From the NCBI GenBank assembly GCA_965216785.1, contig OZ244197.1, forward strand, positions 2,496,001 through 2,560,000: a stretch of 64,000 nucleotides of DNA, in the 5' to 3' direction. This DNA comes from Thermodesulfobacteriota bacterium (lineage in GTDB: Bacteria > Desulfobacterota_D > UBA1144 > Nemesobacterales > UBA2774). Both the position numbers and the translations under genes were made by a program. The notes beneath the pieces were generated by a model. The model did not search any database. It was not told the DNA's origin and saw only the letters and a program-made list of their open reading frames with translations. Positions 30,751-41,631 of the stretch are shown one piece after another (the first letter of the stretch is position 1; each line of letters opens with the position of its first letter).

Positions 30751-30786
30751 AAAAAAATATACGCCCCGCGCTCCTGTGCGGGGCGT
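30751..30786 (-). terminator. Intrinsic terminator between convergent genes
   Basis: ACGCCCCGC/GCGGGGCGT stem, with an A-run on + (U-tract on -). Confidence 0.7.
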
Positions 30787-30788
30787 TA

Positions 30789-31883
30789 TTAATTCTTATT
30801 TTCGTAAGTAACTCTGTATATAGAGCCTGTAAAATCATCCGAAATATAAAGCTCACCTTCCCCTCCCACTAAGACATCTACGGGTCTTCCCGTGCGCTTA
30901 CCGCCCTTGAGCCAGCCGCTCGCAAAATCCTTCACCTCAACAGGCTTCCCGTCTTTCATGCTTACACGTACTACCTTATACCCCGTAGGCACCGTACGGT
31001 TCCAGGAGCCGTGATAGGCAATAAATAAATCGCCCTTATAATCATCCGGAAACATAGCGCCCTCATAAAACGTGAGGCCGAGCGGAGCGGAATGCGCTTG
31101 AAGCTCAACCGCAGGCGCAATAGTGTCGACGCACTTTTTGGGATCGTCATAGTCAGGGTCTGGTATCTTGTCCCCGTAACAGTATGGCCAACCATAGTCC
31201 TTTCCCTCTCTTACTATATTCACTTCATCAGGGGGAAGGTTATCACCCAGCCAGTCCCTTCCGTTATCAGTAGCCCAAAGCTCCCCTGTAGCCCCATGCC
31301 ATGTAAGCCCGACCGAATTTCTGAGACCTGTGGCATATATCTCAAAACCCGTTCCATCCGGATTAAAGCGCATTATGGTTGCGCGCCTTTTATCTTCTTC
31401 TATGCATACGTTGCACGTAGAGCCCATAGACAGATACATCTTTTTGTCGGGACCGAACCCAAGAGTCTTTGTAAAGTGCCCCTTTGTCGGAAGCCCCGGT
31501 ATAAGTATCTCTTTCTCACCAGGGGACTTGTCCGCGCCCTCATATTTAAACCTGACCACTTGATCCGTCTCGCCAACATAAAGATAACCGTCATGAAATG
31601 CAATACTGTTCGGCCTCTTAAGCCCTGTAGCAAATTTATTAACACTGTCAGAGCGCCCGTCGCCGTTTTTATCTGGCAGCGCTATAACCGCGCCCCCGCC
31701 CATGTCGGCCACGAACAGCACTCCGTCCGGGCTCATAGCCATAAACCTCGGGTTATCCATACCCCCCGCGTATTCCTCTATCTTAAATCCCCCGGGCAGA
31801 TTGATTTCATCCAGGGAAGAATATGCATCAATTGGCAATATGACAGATATGGTCAATATAAAGTATATTAAACGTATTCTCAT
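30789..31883 (-). CDS. PQQ-dependent sugar/sorbosone dehydrogenase family protein
   Basis: Signal peptide; GSTCNVC, GLRN, DNGRD, YGWPYC, HSAPLG, HGSWNR and GRPVDV. Confidence 0.88.
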   Translation of the reverse strand: MRIRLIYFILTISVILPIDAYSSLDEINLPGGFKIEEYAGGMDNPRFMAMSPDGVLFVADMGGGAVIALPDKNGDGRSDSVNKFATGLKRPNSIAFHDGYLYVGETDQVVRFKYEGADKSPGEKEILIPGLPTKGHFTKTLGFGPDKKMYLSMGSTCNVCIEEDKRRATIMRFNPDGTGFEIYATGLRNSVGLTWHGATGELWATDNGRDWLGDNLPPDEVNIVREGKDYGWPYCYGDKIPDPDYDDPKKCVDTIAPAVELQAHSAPLGLTFYEGAMFPDDYKGDLFIAYHGSWNRTVPTGYKVVRVSMKDGKPVEVKDFASGWLKGGKRTGRPVDVLVGGEGELYISDDFTGSIYRVTYENKN

Positions 31884-31933
31884 AAGTGATAAGCTCTTAC
31901 CAAGTTTTCTTTTTTCCGGACATAAAATCCGAT

Positions 31934-32659
31934 TTATTCCATATCAAGCTGTTTTTCTAGATCGAGCAGCATATCTAAGTCAAAAGTCTGCTCAAACACA
32001 TTTACTGTTTTAGTATGCCTTCTGTTAAAGACTTGTGAAAATGCCCTTACTACGGAATCCTCCGCGTCCGTCATATCGATCTCACCCCTTTTTGCGAGCC
32101 ATCTCTGTACGGAGGTCATTTGAACGTCAGGGATGCCGCAAGGCACAATCTTATCAAAATAACTGAGGTCAGTGTTCACGTTTAACGCGAACCCGTGATA
32201 GGTAATCCAGCGTTTCACCCCAACTCCGATTGAGGCGATTTTATGCCACTTCACCCATACCCCGGTTACATCCTCAATCCTTCTTGCTTTTATACTGTAA
32301 TCTTCAAGCGCGGAAATTATCACCTCTTCCAAAGCCCTCAAGTACTTGTGTACGTCCCGTCCCATATTGCTTAGGTCCATAATAGGGTAGCCCACCAGCT
32401 GCCCCGGGCCGTGAAAAGTTATATCGCCGCCCCTGCTGATTACCTCAAGCTTAATCCCTTCTTTTGCAAGATACTCTTCAGCCGCTAGTAAATTTCCCAT
32501 ATTACCGCGCCTACCGATGGTGAAAGTGGGGGGATGCTCGAGCAACAAAAGGGTATCTTCTATCTCACCCTTCTTTCTTCGCTCCAATAGATCGAGCTGA
32601 ATCCCAAGAGCCTTATCATAAGGCACGAGCCCGAGCTTATATACCTTAAAATTATCCAT
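31934..32659 (-). CDS. lipB: Lipoyl(octanoyl) transferase
   Basis: LEHPP, RGGDITFHGPGQLVGYP, HGFALN and IVPCG. Confidence 0.95.
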   Translation of the reverse strand: MDNFKVYKLGLVPYDKALGIQLDLLERRKKGEIEDTLLLLEHPPTFTIGRRGNMGNLLAAEEYLAKEGIKLEVISRGGDITFHGPGQLVGYPIMDLSNMGRDVHKYLRALEEVIISALEDYSIKARRIEDVTGVWVKWHKIASIGVGVKRWITYHGFALNVNTDLSYFDKIVPCGIPDVQMTSVQRWLAKRGEIDMTDAEDSVVRAFSQVFNRRHTKTVNVFEQTFDLDMLLDLEKQLDME

Positions 32660-32762
32660 TACTATATTTTAGCCTGAAAACATACCACACGTAAGGGTTT
32701 TTAATTAAAAACTGAAATAGAAGAGATTCTCTAGGTAGGAATTAAAGGAAGAGTCGTGGCAG

Positions 32763-34196
32763 CTATATATTCCTTGCCCGTCCCATAGCAGCCAGCGCGG
32801 CCTCCATAACAGCCTCTGAAAGAGTAGGGTGGGCATGGGATGTGACGGCTATTTCGTAAGGAGTAGTCTCAAGCGTTCTTCCTACGGCAACTTCGGCTAT
32901 TAGCTCTGTTGCTCCGTGTCCTATTATATGAGTACCCAGTATTTCTCCCGTTTTTTTATCCGATATCATCTTTACAAACCCATCTGTCTCGCCTGTGCCT
33001 ACAGCTTTACCTACGGCTTTAAACGGGAATTTCCCGACGCTGTACTCATAACCTTTTTCCTTCACTTCCTCTTCTGTCATTCCAAGGGTAGCAATCTCGG
33101 GCTGGCAGTATACACATCCCGGAATGTTTCCGTAGTGTACTTTACTCTTAAGCCCCGCCATCATCTCAACGGCAGCTACACCCTCTTCAGAAGCTTTATG
33201 CGCAAGCAGGGGTGGCCCGATTACGTCCCCTATAGCGTAAATATTACTAGAAGTAGTCATATATGAATCATCTGTTTTAATAAACCCCCGCTCATCTAGC
33301 TCGATTCGCGCGTCGCTTAAGCCGATATCACCTGTTTTCTTATAAAAGCTAAGAGATGTGGGAGCGTCATTAGCTACCGGGCGTCTCCCGACAGCCACAA
33401 GCACCATCGATGCTGAAACCGTGGATTCAGTGCCCTTTTTAATGTCTTCAAGTATTACATCAACTGTTTTACGTTTCTTGTTGATATCTTTATATTTTGT
33501 GCCGGTCATAATGGTCATTCCACTTTTCTTAAACGACCTTTCAAGATCTCTAGCTACATCTCTATCCGCACCAGGCAGCAGATGATCCATCATTTCGACT
33601 ATCGTCACCTTACTTCCGAACGAATTATATACATACGCGAACTCAGCCCCTATATACCCGCCTCCGATTACAACAACAGAGGGCGGCACTTCAGGATGAA
33701 AAATCGCCTCATCGCTTGTCATTACCAGCTTTCCGTCTACTTCAAGACCCGGAAGCGTTACCGGGACAGACCCGGTTGCGATTAATATTTTCTCTGTATC
33801 GATCTCAACCTGATCCTTCTCGCCCGTAACCCCGACCTTGCCGTTTGTTATTATCTTTCCAACACCGTTAAACAGTGTGATTTTGTTTTTGTTAAAAAGG
33901 TACTCAACCCCTTTTGTGAGCTTATCCGACGCGCCCCTGCTCTTATCGATAACTTTAGAGAAGTCATAAGAAAGTCCTTTATGTGTTATACCGAACTCAC
34001 TGGATTTCTTGAAATATTCATAAACTTCCGCGCATTTTAATATGGATTTTGACGGTATACATCCCCAATTGAGACATACGCCGCCCGGTCTGTCGCGCTC
34101 TATTATAGCGACCTTCATTCCAAGCTGCGCGGCTCTGATAGCTCCAATATATCCCCCGGGTCCCGATCCAATAACTGTTAAATCGAATTTTTCCAT
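32763..34196 (-). CDS. lpdA: Dihydrolipoyl dehydrogenase (copy 1)
   Basis: GSGPGG, CLNWGCIPSK and HAHPTLSE; likely start ATG 34196. Confidence 0.93.
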   Translation of the reverse strand: MEKFDLTVIGSGPGGYIGAIRAAQLGMKVAIIERDRPGGVCLNWGCIPSKSILKCAEVYEYFKKSSEFGITHKGLSYDFSKVIDKSRGASDKLTKGVEYLFNKNKITLFNGVGKIITNGKVGVTGEKDQVEIDTEKILIATGSVPVTLPGLEVDGKLVMTSDEAIFHPEVPPSVVVIGGGYIGAEFAYVYNSFGSKVTIVEMMDHLLPGADRDVARDLERSFKKSGMTIMTGTKYKDINKKRKTVDVILEDIKKGTESTVSASMVLVAVGRRPVANDAPTSLSFYKKTGDIGLSDARIELDERGFIKTDDSYMTTSSNIYAIGDVIGPPLLAHKASEEGVAAVEMMAGLKSKVHYGNIPGCVYCQPEIATLGMTEEEVKEKGYEYSVGKFPFKAVGKAVGTGETDGFVKMISDKKTGEILGTHIIGHGATELIAEVAVGRTLETTPYEIAVTSHAHPTLSEAVMEAALAAMGRARNI

Positions 34197-34442
34197 AGTA
34201 GGAGTTATTATATATTCAATCGCTTTAGCGTCAATCAATTCAACTCAAATCCCGCTCTCCGCAGCCCACGCTTCAATCAAACATGAAAGGTATTATGAAC
34301 CTGTTATGCTGGTAATTTACTCTAATATTGAGATTATCATTGACTTGTTTTGAGGCCTTGCTGTAATATTTCAATGGGGGGTGGTTAACGGCAGGGCCGG
34401 GGCTAAATACAAAGGGGTTCTGTACACTATTAAGGGCAAGAT

Positions 34443-37127
34443 ATGCAAAAGAAAAAAGACGCTGAAATTAGAAAATCCCAAATTGAAGAGCAGGAGAACC
34501 GTGAATGGTTTGAATCACTAGACTACGTGCTCAGCTCCGGCGGCCCTGAGAGAGCGGAAAGGCTTTTGAAAGAGCTTCAGACACACGCTCAGAAAAGCGG
34601 ATTGAAGCTTCCTTTCTCTGCCAATACTCCTTACATCAATACGATTCCCGTAGAAGAACAGCTCCCTTACCCCGGTGACCCGGCGATAGAATGGAACATC
34701 AGGAGCCTAATACGATGGAACGCTATGGCTATGGTGGTTCGCGCGAATAAGATTGAAGAGGGAATAGGAGGACACATTTCCACATTTGCCTCAGCGGCAG
34801 CGCTATACGACGTTGCTTTTAACCATTTTCTGAGGGGAAGGACCGAAGATCATGAGGGAGACATCGTATATATACAGGGGCACGCCGCTCCCGGGATTTA
34901 CGCAAGGGCGTATCTTGAAGGAAGGCTAAGCATCGAGGATCTTCAGAACTTCAGACAAGAAACCGGACCTAATTCAGGGCTTTCATCATACCCTCATCCA
35001 TGGCTCATGCCCGATTTTTGGCAGTTCCCTACTGTGTCGATGGGCTTAAGCCCCATCATGGCCATCTATCAGGCCCGCTTCAACCGCTACCTCGAAGACA
35101 GGGGAATCAAGAAACCCTCAGACGCAAAGGTCTGGGCCTTTCTTGGAGACGGTGAGTGCGACGAGCCTGAATCACTCGGAGCCATCACGCTGGCTTGTAG
35201 GGAGATGCTTGACAACCTGATTTTCGTAGTCAACTGTAACCTCCAGCGTCTGGACGGTCCTGTAAGGGGAAACGGGAAAATAATCCAGGAGCTCGAAGCC
35301 ATATTCAGGGGCGCGGGCTGGAACGTCATAAAATTAATATGGGGAAGCAACTGGGACCCGCTGCTCGCGAAAGATAAAACAGGGGTTCTGAAAAGACGGA
35401 TGGCCGACGCGCTGGACGGCGATTATCAAAAATACTCCGTTGCCTCGGGCGAATATATTCGCAGCCATTTTTTCGGGAGAGAGCCCGAGCTGCTTGAGAT
35501 GGTCAAGGACCTCACGGACGAACAGCTCCAGAAGCTAAGGCGCGGCGGACACGACCCGGAAAAGATATACTCAGCATACAAGATGGCTGTTGAGAACAAA
35601 GGCTCTCCCACAGTGATACTCGCCAAAACGATCAAGGGATACGGACTCGGCGAGGCCGGCGAAGGCAGGAACATCACCCACCAGCAGAAAAAGCTGAACG
35701 AAGATGAGCTGAGGATCTTTAAGACCCGTTTCGATATTCCAATATCGGATGAAGACGTAGCCAGAGCGCCATTCTATAAACCTCCTAAAAGCAGCCCTGA
35801 AATAAAATATTTACTCAAAAGAAGAAAAGACCTGGGGGGCTTTCTACCCAAAAGAGAAATAAGCGGTCCCACCGTAAAACCCCCGTCCGACAAGGTGTTC
35901 GATGAGTTCTATAAAGGCTCGGGGAAGAGGGAGTTCGCAACCACTATGGCTGTTGTGCGGATGATCAGCAAGCTCCTAAAGGATAAAAATATAGGCAAGT
36001 ACATAGTACCCATCATCCCTGACGAAGCGCGTACGTTCGGCATGGAGTCGCTCTTCAGGCAGGTGGGCATATATTCCCACGTTGGGCAGCTCTACGAGCC
36101 TGTAGACGCTGAAACACTTCTATATTATAAAGAAGCCGTGGACGGACAGATACTGGAAGAAGGTATTACGGAGGCAGGCTCCATGTCCTCATTCATAGCT
36201 GCAGGCACATCATACGCAACACATGGGATCGATATGATACCGTTTTTTATTTATTACTCGATGTTCGGTTTTCAAAGAATCGGCGATCTGGTCTGGGCCG
36301 CGGGCGATATGAAGACAAAGGGGTTTTTACTGGGAGGCACTTCCGGGCGCACGACTCTTGCTGGTGAGGGACTACAGCACCAGGACGGCCAGAGCCACCT
36401 GCTGGCGTACCCTGTGCCGAACCTTAAAGCCTACGACCCGGCGTTCGCGTATGAGCTTGCAGAGATCATCCGTGACGGTATAAAACGCATGTACGTTGAC
36501 CGTAAAGACCTGTTCTATTACATAACGGTTATGAATGAGCCTTACCTCCATCCCCCGATGCCCGAAGGCGCAAGGGACGGGATATTGAAAGGTATGTATA
36601 AATTCAGAGAGGCTGAAGACGAGAAAGCCGAGCTCAGGGCGCAGCTATTCGGAAGCGGGGCGATCCTGAACGAAGTGCTCCGCGCGCAGGAAGTACTCCA
36701 GGAAAAATACGGAGTTTCAGCGGACGTCTGGAGCGTCACTAGCTACAAGGAGCTATACCGTGACGGTCTTGAAAAAGAGCGCTGGAATATGCTCCATCCA
36801 TCAGAGATAAAGAGGGTACCGTATATAAGTGAGTGCGTTAAAGACTCACCCGGGGTATTCGTCGCTGCTTCTGACTACGTAATGGCTCTTCCGGACTCAA
36901 TATCACAGTGGCTTCCGCGCCCTCTGGTAACACTCGGTACGGACGGCTACGGACGCAGCGGAAGCCGTAGGGGACTCAGGGACTTCTTTGAGGTTGACTG
37001 GCGCTACGTAACACTTGCGGTACTGGCATCGCTCACGTGGGAGAAAAAGATTAAAACGGACGTCGTAGAAAAAGCGATTAAGGAGCTTGAAATTAATCCC
37101 AGCAAAGCAAATCCCATATTATCTTAG
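34443..37127 (+). CDS. aceE: Pyruvate dehydrogenase E1, homodimeric type
   Basis: GGHIS, SSYPHP, GDGECDEPES, RTFGM and GEGLQHQDG. Confidence 0.96.
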   Translation: MQKKKDAEIRKSQIEEQENREWFESLDYVLSSGGPERAERLLKELQTHAQKSGLKLPFSANTPYINTIPVEEQLPYPGDPAIEWNIRSLIRWNAMAMVVRANKIEEGIGGHISTFASAAALYDVAFNHFLRGRTEDHEGDIVYIQGHAAPGIYARAYLEGRLSIEDLQNFRQETGPNSGLSSYPHPWLMPDFWQFPTVSMGLSPIMAIYQARFNRYLEDRGIKKPSDAKVWAFLGDGECDEPESLGAITLACREMLDNLIFVVNCNLQRLDGPVRGNGKIIQELEAIFRGAGWNVIKLIWGSNWDPLLAKDKTGVLKRRMADALDGDYQKYSVASGEYIRSHFFGREPELLEMVKDLTDEQLQKLRRGGHDPEKIYSAYKMAVENKGSPTVILAKTIKGYGLGEAGEGRNITHQQKKLNEDELRIFKTRFDIPISDEDVARAPFYKPPKSSPEIKYLLKRRKDLGGFLPKREISGPTVKPPSDKVFDEFYKGSGKREFATTMAVVRMISKLLKDKNIGKYIVPIIPDEARTFGMESLFRQVGIYSHVGQLYEPVDAETLLYYKEAVDGQILEEGITEAGSMSSFIAAGTSYATHGIDMIPFFIYYSMFGFQRIGDLVWAAGDMKTKGFLLGGTSGRTTLAGEGLQHQDGQSHLLAYPVPNLKAYDPAFAYELAEIIRDGIKRMYVDRKDLFYYITVMNEPYLHPPMPEGARDGILKGMYKFREAEDEKAELRAQLFGSGAILNEVLRAQEVLQEKYGVSADVWSVTSYKELYRDGLEKERWNMLHPSEIKRVPYISECVKDSPGVFVAASDYVMALPDSISQWLPRPLVTLGTDGYGRSGSRRGLRDFFEVDWRYVTLAVLASLTWEKKIKTDVVEKAIKELEINPSKANPILS

Positions 37128-37202
37128 ATCAACTTACGCGTCAGCTGTGGATGTAATACATCATGGAACTGATAGGGCAACAGACTAAAGGGCGGAAGCG
37201 AA

Positions 37203-38630
37203 ATGACGATTGAATATAAACTACCGGAATTAGGTGAAGACATTGAGACGGGAGAGGTTGTAAGCGTATACGTCTCTCCCGGCGACTCGGTCGCGGAAGA
37301 ACAGCCGCTTATGGAGATCGAGACCGATAAGGCCGCAATTGAAGTCCCTTCTCCCGCAGCGGGTGTGATTAAATCAGTGCACGTCGCGGACGGCGAGACT
37401 ATACAGGTTGGCCAGCTGCTCGTGACGATAGAAGACGGTCAAGGCAACGGAAAGGAAGCTGAGACAGTACCGGCTTCAAAGGAAGAAGTAGTAGAAGCAG
37501 AAATAAAAGAACCTGAGAAGGAAATAAAAAAGGAAGAGACAGATGAGACCGCTCTTGAACTTGATTTTAATAAGAAAAAAGCAAAAGCAGAAGAAGAGGA
37601 AGAGATAGAAACCGCACCTGTCCCGGAAGAAGAAAAGAAAACTGAGGAAAAAGAAGAACCTGAAGAAGAAAAAGAAGTAAAAGCAACCGAGATTAAAAAA
37701 GCCCCATCACAGCTGGTTCCGGCTTCACCTACGGTGAGAAGACTTGCCCGGGAGCTTGGGATCGATATTAACACAGTCACAGGCACAGGGCCCGGAGGGC
37801 GTATTTCCGAAGCGGACCTGCGGGCAGGCACCGGCACCGAGAAGAAAACGAAAGCGCCTGTTACTAAAACTCCGGCACCCGCAAACAAGACACCTGATAA
37901 AACAAAAACAGAGACCAAACCAAAGCCCGGCAAGCAAGAGCGCGTGAAGATGTCCAAGGTAAGAAGGCTTACAGCTGAGCGGCTTACTGACGCCTGGAAA
38001 GCCCCGCACGTAACCCAGTACGACAAGGCGGATATTACAGAGCTTGAGGGTCTCAGAAAACAGTTCGGGAAGTCCGTAGGCAAGGCCGGCGGCAAGCTCA
38101 CCATGACATCTATTCTCATTAAAGTCGTGGCCAAAACACTAAAAGAATTCCCTGAGGTAAACGCGAGCGTCGACATGGAAAACAGTGAAATCGTATACAA
38201 GCATTTCTATAACATAGGCATTGCGGTAGATACAGAGAGAGGTCTTCTGGTACCTGTCGTTAAAGACGCGGATAAAAAGAATATTACAGAGCTGTCTGTG
38301 GAGCTTGCGGATATTTCCGAGCGCGCCCGGACAAAGAAAATTACAGCTGACGAGTTGAGGGGCGGCACGTTTACCATCACCAACCTTGGAGGCATAGGAG
38401 GCACGTATTTCTCCCCTGTTCTGAACGCGCCCGAGGTAGGCATACTGGGGGTTTCGCGCTCACAGATGGAGCCCGTATACGTGGAAGAGGAGTTTGTCCC
38501 AAGACTCATGCTCCCGCTTTCACTTTCCTACGACCACAGGCTCGTAGACGGAGCAAACGCCATCAGGTTCCTGCGCCGGGTGATCGAGAGGCTAGAAGAG
38601 CCCCACAGCTGGTTCCTTAAGGTAAATTGA
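37203..38630 (+). CDS. aceF: Dihydrolipoamide acetyltransferase E2
   Basis: Single lipoyl domain ETDKA, acidic linker, ASPTVRRLARE and YDHRLVDG. Confidence 0.92.
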   Translation: MTIEYKLPELGEDIETGEVVSVYVSPGDSVAEEQPLMEIETDKAAIEVPSPAAGVIKSVHVADGETIQVGQLLVTIEDGQGNGKEAETVPASKEEVVEAEIKEPEKEIKKEETDETALELDFNKKKAKAEEEEEIETAPVPEEEKKTEEKEEPEEEKEVKATEIKKAPSQLVPASPTVRRLARELGIDINTVTGTGPGGRISEADLRAGTGTEKKTKAPVTKTPAPANKTPDKTKTETKPKPGKQERVKMSKVRRLTAERLTDAWKAPHVTQYDKADITELEGLRKQFGKSVGKAGGKLTMTSILIKVVAKTLKEFPEVNASVDMENSEIVYKHFYNIGIAVDTERGLLVPVVKDADKKNITELSVELADISERARTKKITADELRGGTFTITNLGGIGGTYFSPVLNAPEVGILGVSRSQMEPVYVEEEFVPRLMLPLSLSYDHRLVDGANAIRFLRRVIERLEEPHSWFLKVN

Positions 38631-38664
38631 TGGACATACTATATAGTGCATCACCGGAATACTC

Positions 38665-40092
38665 ATGAGCGATAAAAAAAACTCTACAGACGTTGTTATT
38701 GTCGGCGCGGGCCCGGGGGGTTATCCGTGCGCTTTTCTTGCCGCGGACTTGGGTCTCAAAGTCACTTTGATAGACCCCGAGGAGAACCCGGGCGGAGTGT
38801 GTCTCTACAGAGGGTGTATCCCCTCAAAAGCGCTACTTCACTCCGCGAAAGTAATCACGGAAGCAGAGCATGCATCGAGCTTAGGCATCGAGTTCGGCAA
38901 GCCGAAAATAAATATAGAAAAACTAAGGGGCTGGAAAGAGCAGGTAGTGCAAAAGCTCGTACGAGGGCTGGGACAGCTCTCAAAGCAGCGCAATATTTCC
39001 TACATTAGGGGAAGAGCGGAGTTCAAGGATTCAAACACGCTGATTATTAAAAAAGAGGACGGTGGGGAAGATGAGCTGACATTTAAGCGCGCGGTCATCG
39101 CAACCGGCTCCCGCCCGTCCACTATTCCCTCATTCCCGAAGTCCCCGGACATCCTTAATTCCACTACGGCTCTCGACCTCCCGGAGATTCCGGAGACAAT
39201 GTTAGTGGTAGGCGGCGGGTACATAGGGCTCGAGCTCGGAACTGTTTACTCATCTCTTGGAACCAGTGTATCTGTCGTCGAGATGACCTCTGGACTTATG
39301 CCCGGAGTGGACAGGGATTTGGTTCGCGTTCTCCAAAAGAGCTCGGAGAGTATTTTCAAGGAAATAATGCTAGATACAAAGGTAGTTGGAATTGAGGAAG
39401 CAGGGAATGGTTTAACAGTCAGCTTTGAAGGTAAAGACGGTGAGAAGACACAAAATAGTTTTGATAAAGTGCTGGTTTCAGTGGGCAGAAAGCCAAACTC
39501 TGAAGAGCTTGGGCTTGAGAATACCAATATAGAGATCGACAAAGCAGGGTTCATTAAGGTAAATGAGGAGAGGGAAACTACCGAGCCCGGGATATACGCC
39601 ATCGGAGATGTTGCGGGCGAGCCGATGCTAGCTCACAAAGCAACGCACGAAGGCAGGGTAGTGGCAGAGGTACTCGCAGGGAAACCGCATACTTTTAACC
39701 CCGCCGCGATACCGGCAGTGGTCTTTACCGACCCGGAGATCGCATGGTGCGGCCTTACCGAAACCGAAGCCAAAGAAAATAAAATCTCTGTAAAAGTAGC
39801 CCGCTTCCCCTGGGGCGCGTCCGGCAGGGCAAAAACACTTGACCGTCAGGACGGCGCCACAAAGCTCCTGGTAGACCCGGATACAGAGCGGGTGCTCGGT
39901 ATGGGCATAGTAGGCCCGGGAGCCGGAGAGCTGATAGCCGAAGGCGTGCTTGCCATAGAGATGGCGGCCCTCGCCTCAGACATCGAGCTCAGCATACACC
40001 CCCATCCCACATTGTCAGAGACCGTTATGGAATCCGCAGAGGTTTTCTACGGTCACAGCACACACGTATATAAACCAAAGAGGAACCGTTAG
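38665..40092 (+). CDS. lpdA: Dihydrolipoyl dehydrogenase (copy 2, PDH operon)
   Basis: GAGPGG, CLYRGCIPSK and HPHPTLSE. Confidence 0.94.
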   Translation: MSDKKNSTDVVIVGAGPGGYPCAFLAADLGLKVTLIDPEENPGGVCLYRGCIPSKALLHSAKVITEAEHASSLGIEFGKPKINIEKLRGWKEQVVQKLVRGLGQLSKQRNISYIRGRAEFKDSNTLIIKKEDGGEDELTFKRAVIATGSRPSTIPSFPKSPDILNSTTALDLPEIPETMLVVGGGYIGLELGTVYSSLGTSVSVVEMTSGLMPGVDRDLVRVLQKSSESIFKEIMLDTKVVGIEEAGNGLTVSFEGKDGEKTQNSFDKVLVSVGRKPNSEELGLENTNIEIDKAGFIKVNEERETTEPGIYAIGDVAGEPMLAHKATHEGRVVAEVLAGKPHTFNPAAIPAVVFTDPEIAWCGLTETEAKENKISVKVARFPWGASGRAKTLDRQDGATKLLVDPDTERVLGMGIVGPGAGELIAEGVLAIEMAALASDIELSIHPHPTLSETVMESAEVFYGHSTHVYKPKRNR

Positions 40093-40113
40093 CTTTCTAT
40101 AACAGGCCGGACC

Positions 40114-41610
40114 ATGACCCTCGCACCCGAGAACAAGCACGAGAAAGAGATTGCACGCCTCAGCATCCTCCCCGAGGACCGCTACTTAAAAGCCCTGGTA
40201 GATATGGTGAGCGACATTGCGGAGGCAAACGGTATTAGCAGAAAAGAGACGTCACATCTTGACAAAGTGCTTATGGATATCTTCCGTAATATTGTTACAT
40301 ACGGATTTCAGGATGACACCTGCACACCAATCGATGTCATAGTACTTAGGCGTCTCCACGCCCTCGTTATAGCGCTCGAAGACCGTGGGCTGCCTTTTGA
40401 CTATGAGAACCTCGAGCACGGCGAGGACAAGCGTTTCCGCTCGTATATGTCCAAAGGCTACGCCGACTCGGTAAATTTCCAAAGCCTCGGCAAGTACGGC
40501 AACAGGACCGAGATAGTAAAAAATCTTCCAGCAAGCGATATTAGGGAAGAGATGGATATAAGCGAGCACCATGAGCACATGAAAGCCGAGCCTGCGCCGC
40601 CCGACGCGCAGTTCACGATTGAAGTATTCAACCATAAAAACGTAAACGACCTCGTCCGCCTGGTGTATAAGTGCTATGGCTACACGTACACAAACGAATT
40701 TATGTACTACCCCGAGCAAATCGAAGCGCTCCTTCACGGAGACCTTATGACGTCCTGCGGGGCTTATGACAGCACAGGAGAGCTCATCGGCCATCTGGCG
40801 CTCGTATTCTCAAAGCCCGGAGCCAGGGTAGGCGAATCCGGCGAGGCTGTAGTAGACCCGAGGTACAGGGGTAGAAAGATTTTTCAGAAAATGAAGAATT
40901 TTCTGAAAGAAGAATCCGCGGCAAACGGTATCGTCGGAATTTACAGCGAGGCGGTAACGGTGCACCCCTACAGCCAGAAGGGGAACCTCGACATAGGGGC
41001 AAGCGAGATCGGGTATCTACTGGGATACAGCCCGGGCACAGTGTCGTTTCAGAATATAACAGACGGCGAGAAGCCGAGGCGCCAGTCCGTAGCTCTAATG
41101 TATCTGCCCGTGCTCGAATCAGAGCCCAGTAGGATTTATTCACCTGAAGCTTATAAGAAAATAATCAGCGATATTTACAGCAACATTGATATTAAGCGAG
41201 AGATAATTACAGAAGACCGGGATTTTAAATATGCTGCAGACTCGGAAAGTAAAGTCAGTGTAAAAGTAAGAACGGACCACAACCAGGGGATAATCTCTGT
41301 AGAGTCATACGGGGACAGCACTGTGGGCGAGATTCGGTATCATTTAAGAAAACTCTGTGTTGAGCATATCGACTGTATATACGCCGACCTACCCATAAAC
41401 CACAAAGGAGCGGGTCACACAGCAGAGGCTTTAAGGGAGATTGGATTTTTCTTCGGATACGTCGTCCCCGAATACGCTGACTCCGATATTCTGAGACTTC
41501 AATACTTAAACAATGTGGAAATAGAAAGAGAAGACATCAAGACCGCCTCAACTTTCGGTGAAGAGCTTCTCGGATTCATATTCGAAGATATGGACCGTGG
41601 GAACTCATAA
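40114..41610 (+). CDS. RsbW/HATPase-like domain fused to a GNAT acetyltransferase domain
   Basis: N-terminal NIVTYG..EDRGLPFD; central VVDPRYRGRKI acetyl-CoA loop. Confidence 0.7.
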   Translation: MTLAPENKHEKEIARLSILPEDRYLKALVDMVSDIAEANGISRKETSHLDKVLMDIFRNIVTYGFQDDTCTPIDVIVLRRLHALVIALEDRGLPFDYENLEHGEDKRFRSYMSKGYADSVNFQSLGKYGNRTEIVKNLPASDIREEMDISEHHEHMKAEPAPPDAQFTIEVFNHKNVNDLVRLVYKCYGYTYTNEFMYYPEQIEALLHGDLMTSCGAYDSTGELIGHLALVFSKPGARVGESGEAVVDPRYRGRKIFQKMKNFLKEESAANGIVGIYSEAVTVHPYSQKGNLDIGASEIGYLLGYSPGTVSFQNITDGEKPRRQSVALMYLPVLESEPSRIYSPEAYKKIISDIYSNIDIKREIITEDRDFKYAADSESKVSVKVRTDHNQGIISVESYGDSTVGEIRYHLRKLCVEHIDCIYADLPINHKGAGHTAEALREIGFFFGYVVPEYADSDILRLQYLNNVEIEREDIKTASTFGEELLGFIFEDMDRGNS

Positions 41611-41631
41611 TCAAATCTCCCCTATATATTT

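Noticed and set aside
31092-31871. Long antisense ORFs (also 9476..10144, 37439..38200, 51074..51892)
   Set aside because: They are shadows of well-supported genes on the opposite strand and carry no motifs.
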